A stretch of DNA of 64,000 bases from Azolla caroliniana (taxonomy: Eukaryota; Plantae; Polypodiophyta), in NCBI GenBank assembly GCA_043228905.1, contig JBHGNT010000021.1, forward strand, positions 8,060,001 through 8,124,000, written 5' to 3'. The notes beneath the pieces were generated by a model. It was not told where the DNA came from. It searched no databases and saw nothing but the letters and a program-made list of their open reading frames with translations. Below, piece by piece: positions 60,301 to 64,000 of this stretch. Numbering within the stretch: position 1 is the stretch's first letter; each line of letters starts with the position of its first letter. The translations under genes were made by a program, and so were the position numbers.

Positions 60301-63300
60301 TCGTTGCCTCTGTGTTCCCCTGTTGTATTCTCCTTACATAGTGATAGTTCGGAGTCTGTGGGCTCCCGTGGTTTTTTTTTTCCATTTAGGGTTTTCCACG
60401 TTAACATCCTGTGCATTCTCTTCTGTTTGTGTACTTACATGCATTTCTCCATTTGTACTGTGTTTGATTATCATTAAGTGATCTAAGTCTCGGTTGTGGC
60501 CGAAGATTATTCCGCATATTCTCAGTACACGTTACTCCATTCGAATTTTCGCCCTTTCTTTAGCAACCCGTAGAGCAGTTCCACGACATGTGCGTAGTGT
60601 GGGATCCAAATGTGATAGAACGCGCATGCCCCCAGGAACCTCCGCACCTCCGTAACCGACTTGCATTCTTCCTTCATCCCGGAGATGGCCTCCACCTTTG
60701 CCGGAGACGGTTTCTGGCCGTAAGGCCCGCACAGGTGACCGACCACAAGGATCTCCGGCTACCCGAAAGCCGACTTCTCTCCGGAGAGGGTGAGCCACGC
60801 ACCCTCTAGTCTTTGCAACACCTTCTCGCAGTCGTCAATGTGGTACGCCACGAATCTCCGGCATCCGTCCGGCCCAACCGTTTTGTCCTTATCCTCCACC
60901 GGGCACCCCTTTATCAGTATATCATCCAGAAATGGCATGGTGATGTTCGGGATGCAGTCCCTCAGCACCTTGTTCATCGCATTCACCATGTGTGCCACTA
61001 AGTTTGTCCCTCCCAGCGGTAGGGTACACATCCGCACTAAGCCGAGAGGTGTCCGCATCGTCGTGACATCCCTACTCTCCTCGGCTAGTTGGAACTGGTC
61101 GTACCCTGAGTATAGATCCCCGACCGAATAGATCGACCTCCCGGCGAAGGCCTCTGCAAACTCGTCGATCATCGGTCCGACTCCTACGTTCCGAATGGTC
61201 ACTTTATTGACCGGCCGCAGGTCCTGAATGAAGCACAGTGTGTCGTTCTTCTTCGGCATAGTAAACCACTTATTCGAATACGGGGCACTCGATGGTTCGA
61301 GGATGCCCTTCTCCACTTTCTGCTTCAGCAGCTCCATCAAATTTGGGATCAGTTTGAGATTCCATGGCACATGCAGCACCGTGAATACCACCATCGGTTC
61401 TACGATCGTTGGGTTTACACACCCGATCTCCTCCAGTGAGAATGCGAAGGCTTTCCCGTGCCTTCCAAGCATCCTCCGAAATCGGTCCTCCTTCGTCGGC
61501 AGTAGGACACCACCCCCAACGATCTTCAGCTCCCGTAGGGTTATGTCGGTGAACCGGTGTCCTATGCGAACCGGATTCCACAAACTTGGGTCAAACACGA
61601 CCCCCTTTATTCGCTCCCCGCTGCCCTCCGGCAAGGGTGCCACGACTGGCCTCACCTTCCGGTCCACAGTCTTGTACTTCATATCTACGTGGGCCGTCCG
61701 ATCAGACCCGACCCTTTCCCCAAAGTCATCGATGACTTCGTACATCTCCACAGAACTAACCGGAACCATCCGGTCCTCACTGAGGCCTTCTAGGAGCACC
61801 TTCCGTAGTTCCCCCAAGGTGTCGTCAAAAGAGACCACCTCCACGGCGCCACTAATTTCTTCATCGGGGGCGAGGAATCCGCACGACCTAAGTCGTTCCT
61901 CCGCTCGCTTCCTTTCCCAGCCACTGATGCCAGTTATAGTACAACCTCCGTTATCGGAGAACCAAAATATCCTTCCTATGGTACATGTGTGGGGTTTTTC
62001 CATGGTGTCTGGACTATCGCAGCCCCACGCCTTGATAGCCCTCTCTAAAAATCCCCTCCGCCGCCGAGGGTCTCGCGGTTACGCTCATGGTTCACCCACA
62101 CGGCCAGGAATTGGACGGAGCGACGTCCATCTTGGCTTTTGACACGCACGTACGCCAAACTGTTGTCAAGCACTTTGGTCTCCATGCATGCCGCCGTGAT
62201 GTATGGTTCACCGAGAATCACCGGGTGTGAGGACGTCTCCTGCACGAAGAAGTGTTGGTCAATCTCGACATCCCCAATCTTCACACTTACATTCGGGCAC
62301 GCCCCGTGCAGTTCCTCCGTAGCACGTGTCGGTGTGCGTATTTTCCAGCCGTGCTTGGTGTTGATGGGCCACTTCCCCTTTTTGTAGAAGTCCATGGACA
62401 TAAGGTTGATCTCCGAGCCGTGGTCTATCAACGCCACCACCAGCTCCTGAACGTCGCCGATCCGAACATGGGTCTCTGTCGTGGCCCTCGCCTAGTGTAA
62501 CTTCGAATAATGGCTTTCCGCCAACTCGTCCTCTAGGGCCGTGTCTTCGAGGTGCGTCGTCCGCACCTCCACGGGCTTCTCCGGTTCTAGCTCCATCGAG
62601 AGCCGCTTCTGCTTCACCAAGTCCACGATGGAGTCATGGAATTCTTTCTTGGCGATCCCAAGCACTTCCCTCAGCGACAGCTCCACCTTGCTGTCGAGAA
62701 TTCGTTCCTCAAGGTCCTTCCACAGGTCCGTTGTTCTTTCTATTTCGATGCTCAATCGATAAGCACCTTTCTTTGCTTTATCCGGTGCGCCGGAAGTACC
62801 GGCGTCATTTTGCTTCGGCCCGAACTGGATCTTGTACCGTTGCGAGGGTTTGGCCCCTCCGACCTTCCCCACACGCTTATCTTCTACCAGAACCTCGTAG
62901 TTCTAGCACGCAGCTTCCACGAAGCCGGTCTTTTCCTCGACCGGATCGCTCCCCCCAGTGACCTCCCGGACCCTTCTTTCCGTGCGGTCCGCTTCCTCCT
63001 TCCTATACCGCATACCGGTGAGACCTTCCAGCACCACCAGCCAGAACCCGGAGTCCTTCGTCTTTCGGCCTTCATCACTGCCAACCCGGATTCCTGTGGA
63101 CGCCGAGTAGTGGATGGTCTCCGTGTGGCACACCGCCGCTTCTTCCATCAGCCTCTTCATTCCTCCTCGTCTGATATTCAGCTCCAGGGCTCTCCGGGTC
63201 TTCCTAGCATGCACCCTCCCATTCGACAGGTACACCGCGTCACACCACAAGCACCAACGCCCACCCGGAGGCCTTCGGTCGCGAGGTTCCTCGCCACCGT

Positions 63301-63797
63301 TCCTCCTTGCCTGTGCAATCTGGAGGTCACCTACCATCTACGTCAGCTCCTCCAAAACTGCTCCTCTAGGCGGGCCCTTGGCCACGTTGGTCGAAGTCGA
63401 GCCTATCTCAAGCCAATCCCAGGTTTCCTCCCTTCGTGCCAGTAGGGATCCCTTGAGCTTCCTTGCCGCGACTGCTCCTGCCCTCGATGAGCCCTTGTCG
63501 ACCCACTCCCACCGTTTGTCGAAACGGCCACAGACCCCTTTTACCACGACCCAGTCGGTCGTCAGCCCATCGTCTGTCTCCAGTAGGAGACCCACTTGCT
63601 CCCGATTCCGCTCGTCCACAGCTTTGACAAATAAAAGGACACTGCTCGTGTCCAATACTATCCTTTCCAGTGCTGAAAGTCATGTTAAGCGTTCCTCAAA
63701 CTCCCAGAGGAGCACTAACGCATTCCTTCCCTTCCTGGGGGTCTCCATCAAATCCACGAAGTCCTGCTTCGTTAATCGAAGCGCTTCATCAAGCCCA

Positions 63798-64000
63798 TGT
63801 TAGGATTTCGGTCCCTCCAGATGGGATGATGAAGGCCCGATGAGAACCTCTCACCAGATGAAGGGACATATATGTAAACATGTTCCAGAGAGCCCACAAG
63901 GGCTATATTTGTAAATAGCCCGAAAGTTATATTAGTATAAATATGACCTAGGGCAAACAATGTAAAAGTGTCATCATTATTTTGTATAGAGTTATTGGTG
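63798..64000 (+). repeat. Start of another copia F-family LTR inserted in the gypsy E gag; runs off the window
   Basis: TGTTAGGATTTCGGTCCCTCC...AAATATGACCTAG matches the LTR starts at 54715 and 59975. Confidence 0.93.

Larger units (their letters stand above)
54715..60529 (+). mobile_element. Copia F: full-length Tork/Tnt1-like Ty1/copia, degraded
   Basis: LTRs 54715-55262 and 59975-60529; PBS TGGTATCAGAG at 55266; PPT GAAGGGGGAG near 59963; TSD CATTG/CGTTA (removal restores host WSNEH). Gag CFYCGKPGQFQKNC, protease WVVDSGAS, integrase HTDVC/TDNG, RT YVDDML, RNase H RTKHIQRRYHWIRE. Confidence 0.95.
52115..63797 (-). mobile_element. Gypsy E: autonomous-type Ty3/gypsy (Phygy/Selgy-like by inference), degraded, interrupted by copia F and by a further LTR at 63798
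   Basis: 3' LTR 52115-52733 (TGTCGTG...CACGACA); PPT GGTGGGGGTGAA at 52745-52734. Integrase CESCQ, WMVDLV, VADRGEL, NGKVERG. RNase H VDTS, KCELWG, DCLP. RT DLYSGYDQF, LPLGGTN, FLDDI. Protease ALIDHGSEIN; gag to ~63797. Confidence 0.95.

Noticed and set aside
48825-63803. Long antisense ORFs (e.g. 48825-49616, 61228-62142, 62636-63445)
   Set aside because: They are shadows of GC-rich gag-pol on the opposite strand with no independent motifs.

Overview
This is a eukaryotic, plant-type window with no recognisable host gene. It is made almost entirely of nested, decayed transposable elements. The mix of lineages suggests a non-seed land plant (fern, lycophyte or bryophyte; inference). Left to right: an Athila-like Ty3/gypsy pol with a long extra 3' ORF; a Tork-like copia fragment; an RTE-like LINE with a duplicated 3' end; and an old chromovirus-type gypsy interrupted by an LTR-like insert, which holds an L1 LINE with both ends, which in turn holds a pol-less gypsy derivative (G). 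Next is copia A, flanked by a ~250-bp direct repeat instead of a 5-bp target-site duplication (TSD). From 31.4 kb to the window end, one copia (C) is split by a stack of insertions up to four levels deep: copias B, D and F, a 702-bp TIR element, solo LTRs and gypsy E. Most notable: (1) a gypsy group with TGTC...GACA LTRs, tRNA-Trp-like primer sites, 4-bp CpG-centred target sites, tRNA-like box A/box B cassettes in several LTRs and gag-only derivatives; (2) the ~250-bp duplication around copia A; (3) copia elements with two polypurine tracts (PPTs) and a coding extension of Pol between them. All alignments and mismatch counts were done by eye.
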